Shown: positions 25,593 through 34,709 of the stretch, piece by piece
Numbering within the stretch: position 1 is the stretch's first letter
Layout: the number at the start of each line of letters is the position of its first letter
Assembly: GCA_038064875.1 (NCBI GenBank)
Contig: JBBTSC010000001.1
Span: 507,004-571,003, forward strand
DNA: 64,000 bases
Origin: Patescibacteria group bacterium
Lineage (GTDB): Bacteria; Patescibacteriota; Saccharimonadia; Saccharimonadales; 2-12-FULL-41-12
Reading direction: 5' to 3'
The notes under the pieces: generated by a model
Told to the model about the DNA's origin: nothing
Database searches by the model: none
Seen by the model: only the letters and a program-made list of their open reading frames with translations
Program-made: the position numbers and the translations under genes

Positions 25593-25750
25593 TTATGTTC
25601 CCTCCTTTATATTGCATTTTTATCGTAATCCTATGTAGCATGATTGTCAACATCCTTAGATAATAATGCTTATGTTTATAATTTTAGTGCGTCCAAATTT
25701 CTCACTACTGAGGAAAGATTGTATGATGAATACATAAGGGGTATAAAGGT

Positions 25751-26692
25751 ATGAAAGTAGCACAAATCAACGAATATGGAGATGCATCGGTTATTGAGAT
25801 TAAGGATGTGGAAAAACCATCTTTAAAGCCTGGGCAGGTATTGGTTGAGGTATATGCTTCAAGCATTAACCCTTTTGATACCTCAATTCGGGCAGGATAT
25901 ATGGAAGAGATGATCCCCCTAGAATTGCCTATTACTTTGGGCGGAGATATTGCAGGAATTGTGGTAGAAGTGAGTGAAGATGTTGCGGAGTTATCAGAAG
26001 GAGACAGAGTCTATGGCCAAGCAAATGTTGTGGCTGGTAACAGTGGAGCATTTGCGGAATTTTCAGCGACAAAAGCCAGTCAAATTGCCAAAGCACCAAC
26101 AAATACTGATTTTAATGAATCTGCTTCATTGCCTCTAGTGGGAGTTAGTGCCTTTCAGGCTTTAACTGAGCATATTCAACTAAAGCAGGGGCAAAAAATA
26201 TTTATCCACGGTGGAGCCGGCGGGATTGGTACTGTCGCTATTCAGATTGCTAAAAATATTGGAGCATATGTAGCCACTACTGCGACCGGTGAGGGTATTG
26301 ATTATGTTAAGGGTCTTGGAGCTGATGAAGTTGTTGACTATAAAACGCAAGACTTCAGTGAAGTTCTAAGTGACTATGATGCAGTCTTTGATGCTGTCGG
26401 TGGTGATGATTTTAATAAGTCATTTACCCTACTTAAGAAAAATGGTGTAGCAGTTACTATGATCGCTGAACCAGATGAAACTCGCGCTAAAGAGCTTGGA
26501 ATTACAGTAGTGAGACAATCTACCCATGTCACAACAGACCATCTGTTAGCCTTGGCAAAATTAGTGGAGGAAGGTGTTGTTACTCCACATGTCGATGCAG
26601 TATTTTCACTTGATGAGATTCAAAAAGCTTTTGAACTGCGCGAGAGTGGAGCAGTCAAAGGTAAAGTCGTTATCGAAATCAAAAAAACATAA
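25751..26692 (+). CDS. NADPH:quinone oxidoreductase / zinc-type alcohol dehydrogenase superfamily (MDR) protein
   Basis: 313 aa ORF with a GroES-like N-terminus and the Rossmann motif IHGGAGGIGTVAIQIAK. Confidence 0.85.
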   Translation: MKVAQINEYGDASVIEIKDVEKPSLKPGQVLVEVYASSINPFDTSIRAGYMEEMIPLELPITLGGDIAGIVVEVSEDVAELSEGDRVYGQANVVAGNSGAFAEFSATKASQIAKAPTNTDFNESASLPLVGVSAFQALTEHIQLKQGQKIFIHGGAGGIGTVAIQIAKNIGAYVATTATGEGIDYVKGLGADEVVDYKTQDFSEVLSDYDAVFDAVGGDDFNKSFTLLKKNGVAVTMIAEPDETRAKELGITVVRQSTHVTTDHLLALAKLVEEGVVTPHVDAVFSLDEIQKAFELRESGAVKGKVVIEIKKT

Positions 26693-26755
26693 CCTCCCTA
26701 CCATTTGCTCTAACTTTGTGAGAAAATAAAGTTGCAATAAGCATAAGGGGAAATT

Positions 26756-26956
26756 ATGGCTAAAAACGACAAAACTATAAAAGTTATTAACAAGGGCGGA
26801 CCAGCAGGCGGATTTTACTTCCTGACATATATAGGTACTGCAACGTATTTTGTACAAGGATCAGACGGGATCGGAGGTTTTATTTTAGCCCTGCTTCAGG
26901 CTGCTGTTTGGCCTGCCTATTTGATACATCGGGTTTTTGAAATACTTCATATATAA
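26756..26956 (+). CDS. Hypothetical small membrane protein
   Basis: 66 aa ORF with an AAGGGGA SD and two hydrophobic segments. Confidence 0.5.
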   Translation: MAKNDKTIKVINKGGPAGGFYFLTYIGTATYFVQGSDGIGGFILALLQAAVWPAYLIHRVFEILHI

Positions 26957-26974
26957 ACTAATCTGGAGCAAATT

Positions 26975-27388
26975 ATGAGCAACATCAAAGTAGAACCATA
27001 TCTATTTTTTAAAGGAAATGCCCAAGAGGCAATCAAGTTTTACCAAAGTATATTTGGTGGTGAAATAGAAACCATGACCTATAAGGATATGAACATGCCC
27101 TTGCCAGTGGGATTCACTGAAACAAGTCTAATGCATGCTAGCCTCAAAGGCGGTGATGTTGATCTGATGGTTAGCGATACAGAAGAAGCTAGTGAAAAAG
27201 CTACCAAAGTAACTATATCTCTTGGTAGCGATGATGAGGAAAAGTTAACAAGTTATTTTAACGCTCTTAGTGAAGGGGTAACCGTACGATACCCTCTTAA
27301 AAAAGAGGTCTGGGGTGACACATTTGGTATGCTAACTGACAAATTCGGTATTGATTGGATGGTCAACATTGAGTCAAGAAAAACATAG
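26975..27388 (+). CDS. VOC/glyoxalase-fold protein (PhnB/YjdN-like)
   Basis: 137 aa ORF. The N-terminus VEPYLFFKGNAQEAIKFYQSIFGGEIE is typical of the PhnB-like family. Confidence 0.75.
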   Translation: MSNIKVEPYLFFKGNAQEAIKFYQSIFGGEIETMTYKDMNMPLPVGFTETSLMHASLKGGDVDLMVSDTEEASEKATKVTISLGSDDEEKLTSYFNALSEGVTVRYPLKKEVWGDTFGMLTDKFGIDWMVNIESRKT

Positions 27389-27394
27389 AAAATT

Positions 27395-28087
27395 CTAATA
27401 AGCTATGTGGAAGATGTGAAATTTATGATCTTTTATTTCATTAACCAATTTTCCACCAAGTTTTTTCTTGATAGCCTCCCTCTCTGATTTGGAAAACCAG
27501 TGGCTTGTATAACCAGTATCAGTGGCGAATAGTCCGTTATCTATATCAGATCTTTCTGAATCATAATTGCCAAGAAGAGTGCTTACAGTTGCATACATAG
27601 GAATTCCCCAGTCTAACAAAGACTCTCTACAAAATAGAGAAATAATAATTTCACCATGTCTAGGTTCCGCCACCTGTCTCATAGCATCAATGGCTTTATC
27701 TCTGACGCCATCCCAAGGGCCTAGAGTATTTTGCAGTGACAGGATCACGGGTCTCGATACAGAACCGTCGACTATGCTAGCTAGGTTATCACCTGACTCA
27801 ACTACGACTTCCACATTTGAATGTCGACCTGCAACTGACCTTAACGTACTTACGAGATCATCATCAACCTCTATAGCTATAACTTTATCTGCAATTGGCG
27901 CAATGTACGGGATAGCCCTTCCGTATCCTGCGCCTACATCAATAAACGTTTTTTCTTTTGAGTTATCTATTGAATCTTTTAAAAACTTTGCTTCTCTAGC
28001 TTGATATTCTTGCAGTCCCTGGTCTGAACCATTCTCTACTTCGTCTATATACGCCTGTGCACTCCAATGATAGTGATTATTTGACAT
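27395..28087 (-). CDS. Class I SAM-dependent methyltransferase
   Basis: Motif I FIDVGAGYGR. TATAAT (28099-28094) lies 6 nt upstream of the ATG. Confidence 0.75.
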   Translation of the reverse strand: MSNNHYHWSAQAYIDEVENGSDQGLQEYQAREAKFLKDSIDNSKEKTFIDVGAGYGRAIPYIAPIADKVIAIEVDDDLVSTLRSVAGRHSNVEVVVESGDNLASIVDGSVSRPVILSLQNTLGPWDGVRDKAIDAMRQVAEPRHGEIIISLFCRESLLDWGIPMYATVSTLLGNYDSERSDIDNGLFATDTGYTSHWFSKSEREAIKKKLGGKLVNEIKDHKFHIFHIAY

Positions 28088-28223
28088 AACTATATTATAG
28101 AATAATTGATATTTTCTATCTAGGACTGGCTGAGAGGTAGCCTAGTTTTTGTAACATATCTCTTTCTGATATGACGACAAGAATGTAACTGCCAAGCACA
28201 GCTCGCAGACATAAGCGTTTTAA

Positions 28224-28538
28224 TTATTTGGACTTTTTCTGGGCACGATTTGTGGCAGCTCTTTTTATGAGTAGATTTGCAAAAGTAGCTATTATACCGA
28301 TGCCAGCTAACACATAAAATGCTGTAAAGAGCTTGCCAATATCAGTTTTGGGAGTTATGTCACCATATCCTACAGTAGCAAGTGTAATAACACTAAAATA
28401 AAAAGAATCCAGATATGATAATTTCTCTACAAAATGATAAAAGACAGTTCCGATAAGTATCATGCTTCCTGCTAGTAATCCTGCTAACCGAAAATTTGTT
28501 CGAATTTTTCTGATTTGTTGCGCCTCTAGATCAGTCAT
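28224..28538 (-). CDS. Minimal two-TM potassium channel (pore-only)
   Basis: 104 aa ORF with the canonical selectivity filter TLATVGYGD between two TM helices. Confidence 0.85.
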   Translation of the reverse strand: MTDLEAQQIRKIRTNFRLAGLLAGSMILIGTVFYHFVEKLSYLDSFYFSVITLATVGYGDITPKTDIGKLFTAFYVLAGIGIIATFANLLIKRAATNRAQKKSK

Positions 28539-28542
28539 TGGA

Positions 28543-28914
28543 TCAAATCCTTTGTTTTGACTTAAGTTTTTGAATAATTTGAAAAGAAATATACAGCAAA
28601 AAGAAACTACCTGAAAGCGTTACAATACCAAAGACATTTGACAGTAAATTAGCGCTAATAACTCCCGTGGCTTTGGCAAAGAAATATACGCCAATAGAAA
28701 CAAACCCAAGCGTACCTAGCCAGCTGTTACTGCTTTCATTTTTAGGCGTCATCATCAGCCCACCTCCTATAAATATAAACCCGAGCAAAAAGAGCTCTGA
28801 CGTTGCCATTCTATCTTCTGGTATAGACATGAGCCTATAGCCAAACCAAAAAAGAAAGATTGCTAGCAAAACCACAAAGATCAATTTTAACCAAAGTTTG
28901 TATTCGGACTGCAT
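28543..28914 (-). CDS. Hypothetical four-TM membrane protein
   Basis: 123 aa ORF with an AGAGGAAG SD. It lies 4 nt upstream of the K+ channel gene. Confidence 0.55.
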   Translation of the reverse strand: MQSEYKLWLKLIFVVLLAIFLFWFGYRLMSIPEDRMATSELFLLGFIFIGGGLMMTPKNESSNSWLGTLGFVSIGVYFFAKATGVISANLLSNVFGIVTLSGSFFLLYISFQIIQKLKSKQRI

Positions 28915-28988
28915 GATAACTTCCTCTACTACAAATATTCTATTCCTCTTTGTGGATAAAAGTAAAGTCTACTAGCAATACCAAACTA

Positions 28989-29017
28989 TTGACAGCTTTG
29001 CTATTTAGGCGTATATA
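28989..29017 (+). promoter_or_regulatory. Promoter TTGACA-17-TATATA
   Basis: -35 at 28989-28994 and -10 at 29012-29017, followed by the AAGGAGGG SD before the ATG at 29048. Confidence 0.65.
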
Positions 29018-29047
29018 TTAGGAAATACTAACAAGGAGGGATCCAGT

Positions 29048-29593
29048 ATGAGTAAACAAGATAACGATTTGTGGGGAGGCCTAGCGTTCAGAGGAATGCT
29101 GGCAATAGTGTTTGGGCTGGCAGCTGTTTTTTGGCCAGGGCTTACACTTGTAACATTAGTCTATTTATTTAGTGGCTTTTTACTAGCCAGTGGACTTATA
29201 GGCTTGGTGCTCGGGCTCGTAAATATTTTTAATGGAAAAAATTCTTTGCTAACAAGGGTACTTGCTGTTGGCCTGGGAGCTGTAGAAATTGGTGCTGGTG
29301 TATATTTACTCCGACACCCCGAAGTAGCTTTCTCAACCTTCATATTAATCATAGGACTTCTATTCATTGGTAGAGGTGTTATTGATGCTTTCGTAGGTAT
29401 ATTTGAAGATGATGCTGCAACTACCAAGACAATCTCAACTATCAGTGGAGTATTGTCTGTAATAGTTGGGGTGATTCTACTCATGCAACCTGCATCAGGT
29501 GGCGTGGCTTTCGTCTGGATTCTTGGTCTATACGCCTTGATCACTGGGCCAATGCTATTGGCGCTGTCTTATGATCTAAAGAACGCAAAATAA
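29048..29593 (+). CDS. HdeD/DUF308-family membrane protein
   Basis: 181 aa ORF with repeated DUF308-like helices (GLAAVFWPGLTLVTLVYLFSGFLLASG). Confidence 0.7.
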   Translation: MSKQDNDLWGGLAFRGMLAIVFGLAAVFWPGLTLVTLVYLFSGFLLASGLIGLVLGLVNIFNGKNSLLTRVLAVGLGAVEIGAGVYLLRHPEVAFSTFILIIGLLFIGRGVIDAFVGIFEDDAATTKTISTISGVLSVIVGVILLMQPASGGVAFVWILGLYALITGPMLLALSYDLKNAK

Positions 29594-29620
29594 ATAGTAG
29601 CCTAAAGAACAGTTGGGCCC

Positions 29621-29664
29621 AATAAGGCAGAGATATCTCTCAAGATTATCTGCCTTATTTTTAT
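29621..29664. terminator. Terminator hairpin between convergent genes
   Basis: AATAAGGCAGA (29621-29631) pairs with TCTGCCTTATT (29649-29659) and is followed by TTTTT. Confidence 0.6.
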
Positions 29665-30170
29665 GTTTGGCCTATCGTTCTACCGAAACGAACCAAGCTC
29701 TCAGGCGCACTAAAACTATCTAGCTGAGATGGCTCAACAACATCTTTTACTAGCATCTCAACTGCAACTTGACGATACCTTTCTGGTAAATCTTCTAGTA
29801 AAACTAGTTCTGTGCCAGGTAGCCATAGCAAACCATCGTGTTCATCGCTCAGCACAAGTTCTGGTCGAATACCCGGGACTGTCGCTTGGAATAAACTCGT
29901 CTCACTTGTGACTAGTTGTTTCTTTGTTTGTTTTTCTTGAGAAACAGTTCTTAGAAAAATTGGATTTTGCAGGAATAATCCTATCTCTTCCAATCCTTCT
30001 CTGTACATAGCCTCTAGCACCGAGCTATCTGTCTTGTCGACCTTTCCGCCAACCAAATCAGACTCAAATGGTCGATGTTTGGTTGTACCACTCCTCTTGA
30101 GAACCAAAAAATCACCAGCTTCATCCTGAACAAAAGCTTTGGCTTTTTCTTTGAGAATCTCCCTTCTCAT
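29661..30170 (-). CDS. NUDIX hydrolase
   Basis: Nudix box GGKVDKTDSSVLEAMYREGLEEIGL. TGaTATAAT (30185-30177) lies 6 nt upstream of the ATG. Confidence 0.85.
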   Translation of the reverse strand: MRREILKEKAKAFVQDEAGDFLVLKRSGTTKHRPFESDLVGGKVDKTDSSVLEAMYREGLEEIGLFLQNPIFLRTVSQEKQTKKQLVTSETSLFQATVPGIRPELVLSDEHDGLLWLPGTELVLLEDLPERYRQVAVEMLVKDVVEPSQLDSFSAPESLVRFGRTIGQT

Positions 30171-30176
30171 ACGCGA

Positions 30177-30185
30177 ATTATATCA
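30177..30185 (-). promoter_or_regulatory. Extended -10 (TGaTATAAT) of the leaderless NUDIX transcript
   Basis: Complement of 30185-30177. The ATG at 30170 begins 7 nt after the hexamer. Confidence 0.6.
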
Positions 30186-30248
30186 TCGTAGTAATATCTG
30201 TCTAGTTAATAATCTAGCTCGGTTATTCCCGTCTTCAATCATGTCTTT

Positions 30249-30257
30249 TGATATAAT
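30249..30257 (+). promoter_or_regulatory. Extended -10 (TGaTATAAT) of the leaderless VIT-family transcript
   Basis: Located at 30249-30257. The ATG at 30264 begins 7 nt after the hexamer. Confidence 0.6.
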
Positions 30258-30263
30258 TGCCCT

Positions 30264-30812
30264 ATGCGACATACTAATCCAAGAAAATGGGGACAATTCA
30301 TCCGTGATATTGTATTTGGCACTAACGATGCCCTTCTGACTAATATAGGTATTATTACTGGTTTTACCGCATCTCTTGCTAGTACTAGGCTTATTGTTAT
30401 GGCGGTGCTAGTAGATATTTTTACTAGCGCATTTGCGATGTCGTTTGGCACATATTTATCCAGAACTAGCGAAGATGACTACCTGAAAATATCGATGACA
30501 AAAGAAAGTAAAAAAAGCGTCGACGAGGTCTTTGCTAACCCTTATGTGGCCTCTACTGTAATGTGGATAGTCTACGTGATAAGTGGCTTTATACCACTGC
30601 TACCTTTCTTTTTTGGTCTTGAATCAACAGATGCTGCCAAAGCTTCTGTAGCTCTAGGCTCAGTGACATTCCTAATAATTGGAATTTTCAAAGGCAAAGT
30701 TACCGGTACATCACTATACAAGAGTGCGATTCAATTTTTTGTCATTGGCACTATCGCCGCACTTATCGGTTATGGTATAGGAAAATATGCCAGCACTATA
30801 GGGATCAGCTAG
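30264..30812 (+). CDS. VIT1/CCC1-family iron/manganese transporter
   Basis: 182 aa ORF with the motif IRDIVFGTNDALLTNIGIITG and C-terminal TM helices. Confidence 0.75.
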   Translation: MRHTNPRKWGQFIRDIVFGTNDALLTNIGIITGFTASLASTRLIVMAVLVDIFTSAFAMSFGTYLSRTSEDDYLKISMTKESKKSVDEVFANPYVASTVMWIVYVISGFIPLLPFFFGLESTDAAKASVALGSVTFLIIGIFKGKVTGTSLYKSAIQFFVIGTIAALIGYGIGKYASTIGIS

Positions 30813-30856
30813 AGCTAGTTTTGAAGGTATAACTTAAGAACTGTTACAATATATTT

Positions 30857-31771
30857 ATGGCAAGTTTTGAAGCCAGTATAATAATCAATAATCTTAGTAA
30901 ACGATATGGTAAATCTGATAAGTTAGCACTTGATAACCTTTCTATTTCGATTAACGCAGGTGAAGTGTATGGTTTTTTGGGTCCAAATGGGGCAGGTAAA
31001 TCTACTGCTATAAAATTGCTGATGAATTTCATTCAGCCGACTTCTGGTTCTGCCACAATTCTTGGGAAAGATATCGTGGACGACACTGTTGCTATAAGAA
31101 AATCTGTAGGCTATCTGGCAGGTGACGGTGAAATGTATCCTAAAATGACAGGCAGGCAATACCTAAGATATATGAGTGAAATTCAGCCAGCAAAGAGCCA
31201 AGCATATATTAGTGAACTAGAGAAAAGGTTTAAAGCAGACCTTGATAAAAGGCTTGGCGAATTATCACGCGGTAATCGGCAAAAAATTAATATTATTCAA
31301 GCATTTATGCACCAGCCAGATATTTTAATATTGGACGAACCCACAAGCGGTCTTGATCCATTAATGCAAGAGGAATTTTATCGATTGATTAAAGAATCTA
31401 AGTCGCGTGGGGCAACTGTATTTGCCAGTAGCCATATACTGAGCGAAGTGCAAAAGATGTGTGATCGTGTCGGGATCATTAGAGAAGGTAAGCTTGTCAC
31501 AGAACGAAATATTTCCGAGATGATAAATGAGGCTGCTCAGACATTCGATATAACTTTTGCCAATAAGGTTCCGAGCTCAGAACTAAGCAAAATCAATGGG
31601 GTTAAGGTAACAAGCCACAATGGCCAAAATGCTACTATCCATGTTCATGGAAAATTATCCCCTGTCTTCTCTGTTCTTGCAAAACATGATGTCGTAAAGA
31701 TAGACGCCCGCAATCTCGACCTAGAAGAAGTATTTTTACGCTTCTACCAAGAAAAAGGAGCAAAAAAATGA
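30857..31771 (+). CDS. ABC transporter ATP-binding protein (ABC-2 type)
   Basis: Walker A GPNGAGKST, signature LSRGNRQK and Walker B ILILDEP. TGtTACAAT (30842-30850) lies 6 nt upstream of the ATG. Confidence 0.9.
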   Translation: MASFEASIIINNLSKRYGKSDKLALDNLSISINAGEVYGFLGPNGAGKSTAIKLLMNFIQPTSGSATILGKDIVDDTVAIRKSVGYLAGDGEMYPKMTGRQYLRYMSEIQPAKSQAYISELEKRFKADLDKRLGELSRGNRQKINIIQAFMHQPDILILDEPTSGLDPLMQEEFYRLIKESKSRGATVFASSHILSEVQKMCDRVGIIREGKLVTERNISEMINEAAQTFDITFANKVPSSELSKINGVKVTSHNGQNATIHVHGKLSPVFSVLAKHDVVKIDARNLDLEEVFLRFYQEKGAKK

Positions 31772-32562
31772 TACCAATAATTAAATGGACTCTCTGGCAA
31801 AGAAGATGGAGCATCATGTGGTGGTCAATCGGTGCCTTTGGCTTGATCTTTATCAACATGGTTTTTTATCCTTCGTTCAAAGACCAAGCTAAAGAGCTAC
31901 AAAAAAGCTTTGAGAATATGCCCGAAGCGGCGGTACAACTACTTGGCGGTAGTACAGATTTCTTTTCACCTATCGGATTTGTGAATAGTCAGATTTTCTT
32001 TTTAATGCTCCCTCTTATACTTGGCATACTGGCTATCGGACTGGGAAGTAGTCTGCTGGCAAAAGAGGAACAAGACGGAACTATAGAAAGTCTATTGTCG
32101 CGACCTATTGCGCGCGGGCAACTTCTGGCTTCAAAGGCTTTGAGTGGAATAATTATACTCACAATAACGACTCTATCTGCCCTACTAACTACTGTTATAA
32201 CTGCAAAGTTTGTTGATTTGGAATTGTCTCTATGGCTGATGACTCAAGCAACTATTAATTGCTTTTTGATGAGCGCTAGTTTTGGCGCAGTAGCATTTGT
32301 GCTAACGACTTTAGGCAAGGCAAGAAGCGCCAGTCTAGGAATTGCCTCTTTGGTGGGGCTAGGCGGATACCTCATATCTTCTCTATCCGGTACTGTTGAG
32401 TGGCTGAAGATTCCTGGCAAAATACTTCCCTTTAATTACTACCAGTCCGAGGCTATTCTGAGAGAAACTTACAACTGGCTGAATAGTCTGTATTTTGTTG
32501 GGTTGATATTTATATGCGGAGTCATATCTTGGGCTGTATTCAGAAAAAGAGATATAGGATAG
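31768..32562 (+). CDS. ABC-2 family transporter permease
   Basis: 264 aa ORF with six hydrophobic spans. ATGA overlap with the ATPase gene. Confidence 0.75.
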   Translation: MIPIIKWTLWQRRWSIMWWSIGAFGLIFINMVFYPSFKDQAKELQKSFENMPEAAVQLLGGSTDFFSPIGFVNSQIFFLMLPLILGILAIGLGSSLLAKEEQDGTIESLLSRPIARGQLLASKALSGIIILTITTLSALLTTVITAKFVDLELSLWLMTQATINCFLMSASFGAVAFVLTTLGKARSASLGIASLVGLGGYLISSLSGTVEWLKIPGKILPFNYYQSEAILRETYNWLNSLYFVGLIFICGVISWAVFRKRDIG

Positions 32563-32564
32563 AT

Positions 32565-33434
32565 ATGCCAGCTGAAACACATAAAGAAAGAATCCTAAAA
32601 GAGTTAAAACAAGCGGGCGTAACTAGATACGGATTGTTCAGATCAGAAAGTAAATTTTTGCCCAAACTTATCCATAAAGATGAGCATGTTGGAGGGGTAA
32701 TATACGGGCGTGTTGGTATAGATTTTGTGATGATGGTCGCAACAGATAAACGTGTTTTGTATTTTCAAAGTAAGCCATTTTATTCAGATGTTGATGAGGT
32801 AACTTACGACGTCGTCTCAGGTATTGATAATAGTGATGCTGTAATATTTTCTGCTGTAACTTTACACACTAGGGTCAAAAACTATACGATACGCTACGTT
32901 AATCCTAGGTGTGCACGCAACTTCGTTAAATATATTGAAAGTAGAAGAGTTGAGAGAGATGGCTACAATTCTGGGCGAACAGCGAAAAAAGCCGATGAAA
33001 AACCTTTTATTATCCAATCATTATCAGATGAAAAAGGCATAAAGTTTATCAAAGAACATGATCTCGCGGTACTATCTACTGCTGACAAAAAAGGTAACTT
33101 ACACGGAGCTGTAGTTTACTACGTAGTTGACGACGAAAACTTTATCTATATACTCACTAAATCCGAAAGCACCAAAGCTAAAAATATTTTTAGTGGGTCT
33201 TCTGTAGCTCTAACAATTTATGAGCCAGGAACTCTTCAGACCACCCAGATCCAAGGCAAAGCCCAAATAGAAAGTGATTTAGAAAAAAGAGTGGATATCT
33301 ATGAACAAATAGTAAAACTTCGTCCGTATCGCGGTAAAATGCAACTCCCCCCTGTGACAAAACTCGAACAAGGTGCCTTCACTATACTACGTATCAGCCC
33401 TACTAATATTCACCACTCTGATTATTCTGATTGA
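32565..33434 (+). CDS. Bacterial PH-domain / pyridoxamine 5'-phosphate oxidase-fold fusion protein
   Basis: The N-terminal half resembles YokE/bPH domains (GVIYGRVGIDFVMMVATDKRVLYFQ). The C-terminal half resembles the PNPOx split barrel (AVLSTADKKGNLHGAVVYY). I prefer ATG 32565 over the track start at 32514, which overlaps the permease. Confidence 0.55.
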   Translation: MPAETHKERILKELKQAGVTRYGLFRSESKFLPKLIHKDEHVGGVIYGRVGIDFVMMVATDKRVLYFQSKPFYSDVDEVTYDVVSGIDNSDAVIFSAVTLHTRVKNYTIRYVNPRCARNFVKYIESRRVERDGYNSGRTAKKADEKPFIIQSLSDEKGIKFIKEHDLAVLSTADKKGNLHGAVVYYVVDDENFIYILTKSESTKAKNIFSGSSVALTIYEPGTLQTTQIQGKAQIESDLEKRVDIYEQIVKLRPYRGKMQLPPVTKLEQGAFTILRISPTNIHHSDYSD

Positions 33435-33437
33435 AGT

Positions 33438-34709
33438 CTAGCCACGCCTCAGGGCATCTATTGGATTAATCTTGGCTGCCCGGCGTGATGGGAAGAAAGC
33501 TACTAATATACCGACAACGACCATGAATAGTATCATGGCCCCCATCAGCCATAGAGGTGTTGAGAATAGATCAAAATTCTGGGTTACACCCCTTGTGCGA
33601 GCCGAAGTATTCATAGCAAAATTGACAATTTCCCCAGAAAGCATAGCGAATATTATACCGATAACAGCTCCAACTATTGATAGAAGTATCGCTTCAAAAA
33701 TAAATAACTTACTCATGTCGTTATTTCGTCCACCCAGAGCCATCATCAGCCCGATTTCTTTTGTTCGTTCGAGTAATGATATGGTCAGGGTGTTGAACAT
33801 ACCAAGAACTGAGACGATCATGCCGATCGCACCAAATCCTGCCAGCACGATTGTAAAGAATTTGAATATTTGATTGATTTGAGCCAGAGTATCTATCGGT
33901 GAAGAAGTCTGATAACCCAAGCTTTCTATTTGCTTGCGCAGATTTACCACACTACTTGTATCGTCTGCAACAATTTTAACCTGTGAGTAGTATTTAACAC
34001 CCGCGCCCTCTATAACACCAGCTGGCATAAATATTTCACCACCTGACCCAGAATCGATAACGCCAACTATTGTGAACTGTTGATTAATTTCTTTTAGGCT
34101 AGGATCCTTGGCACTAAGTGGGATTTTAATATCAAGTTTTTTGTTAAGAGCAGATTTGTTATCTGTTATCCCCACGGTTCTTAGAAGTGAGCTGTTGACT
34201 ACTATTGAGAAAGTGTCTGTGTTGGTTATTAGCCGACCAGTAGATAGATTCAGTGAGCTAAGATCTTCATAGTTTTTATCGACTCCATAGACCACAGCAT
34301 CTGTGTCACTTTTGTTGTAACTGACACTTCCTGGAAATGAGAAGGCTTTACCTACTTTCTCGACATGAGGCAGTCCTGTAAGTTTGTTTATGAGCGGAGC
34401 ATCGAGATTCAAAACCCGAGAATTTGGCGTGCTAACATCTATAGATTTTATGGATTTGTCACCAATAACTTGTTTTGTCACCAGCTCGCGAAGCCCTAGT
34501 CCAAACGATAGTAGGAAGAATATCGCACCAATACCGATGATAATTCCAAAGACCGTCAAGAATGTCCGTAGCTTTTTACTAACTAGATTTCTCCAGGCAA
34601 TATGAACTAGGGTCAAAAGCGAAATTGTTTTTCTATTTCTCTTTGTCCTTGGCAATCTGGATTTAACCGAATTAAAGACTTTCGCTAGCCCACCCACGTA
34701 TTTATTCAT
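33438..34709 (-). CDS. MacB/FtsX-type ABC transporter permease with large extracytoplasmic domain
   Basis: 423 aa ORF with an N-terminal TM, an extracytoplasmic domain of about 230 aa, and a C-terminal FtsX 3-TM bundle. ATGA overlap with the ATPase gene (34706-34709). Confidence 0.85.
   Translation of the reverse strand: MNKYVGGLAKVFNSVKSRLPRTKRNRKTISLLTLVHIAWRNLVSKKLRTFLTVFGIIIGIGAIFFLLSFGLGLRELVTKQVIGDKSIKSIDVSTPNSRVLNLDAPLINKLTGLPHVEKVGKAFSFPGSVSYNKSDTDAVVYGVDKNYEDLSSLNLSTGRLITNTDTFSIVVNSSLLRTVGITDNKSALNKKLDIKIPLSAKDPSLKEINQQFTIVGVIDSGSGGEIFMPAGVIEGAGVKYYSQVKIVADDTSSVVNLRKQIESLGYQTSSPIDTLAQINQIFKFFTIVLAGFGAIGMIVSVLGMFNTLTISLLERTKEIGLMMALGGRNNDMSKLFIFEAILLSIVGAVIGIIFAMLSGEIVNFAMNTSARTRGVTQNFDLFSTPLWLMGAMILFMVVVGILVAFFPSRRAAKINPIDALRRG

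Noticed and set aside
28120-28150. Hairpin CTAGG...CCTAG followed by TTTTT on the plus strand as a terminator or small RNA
   Set aside because: The stem is short and bulged, no plus-strand gene or convincing promoter lies upstream, and on the minus strand it lacks a T-run. The evidence is insufficient.
32514-32564. Track start codons giving N-terminal extensions (32514, 56293, 58454, 25051, 18142)
   Set aside because: These extensions overlap neighbouring genes and lack start signals. Internal ATG/GTG codons with coupling overlaps or a -10 box at 6-8 nt give N-termini typical of the families.
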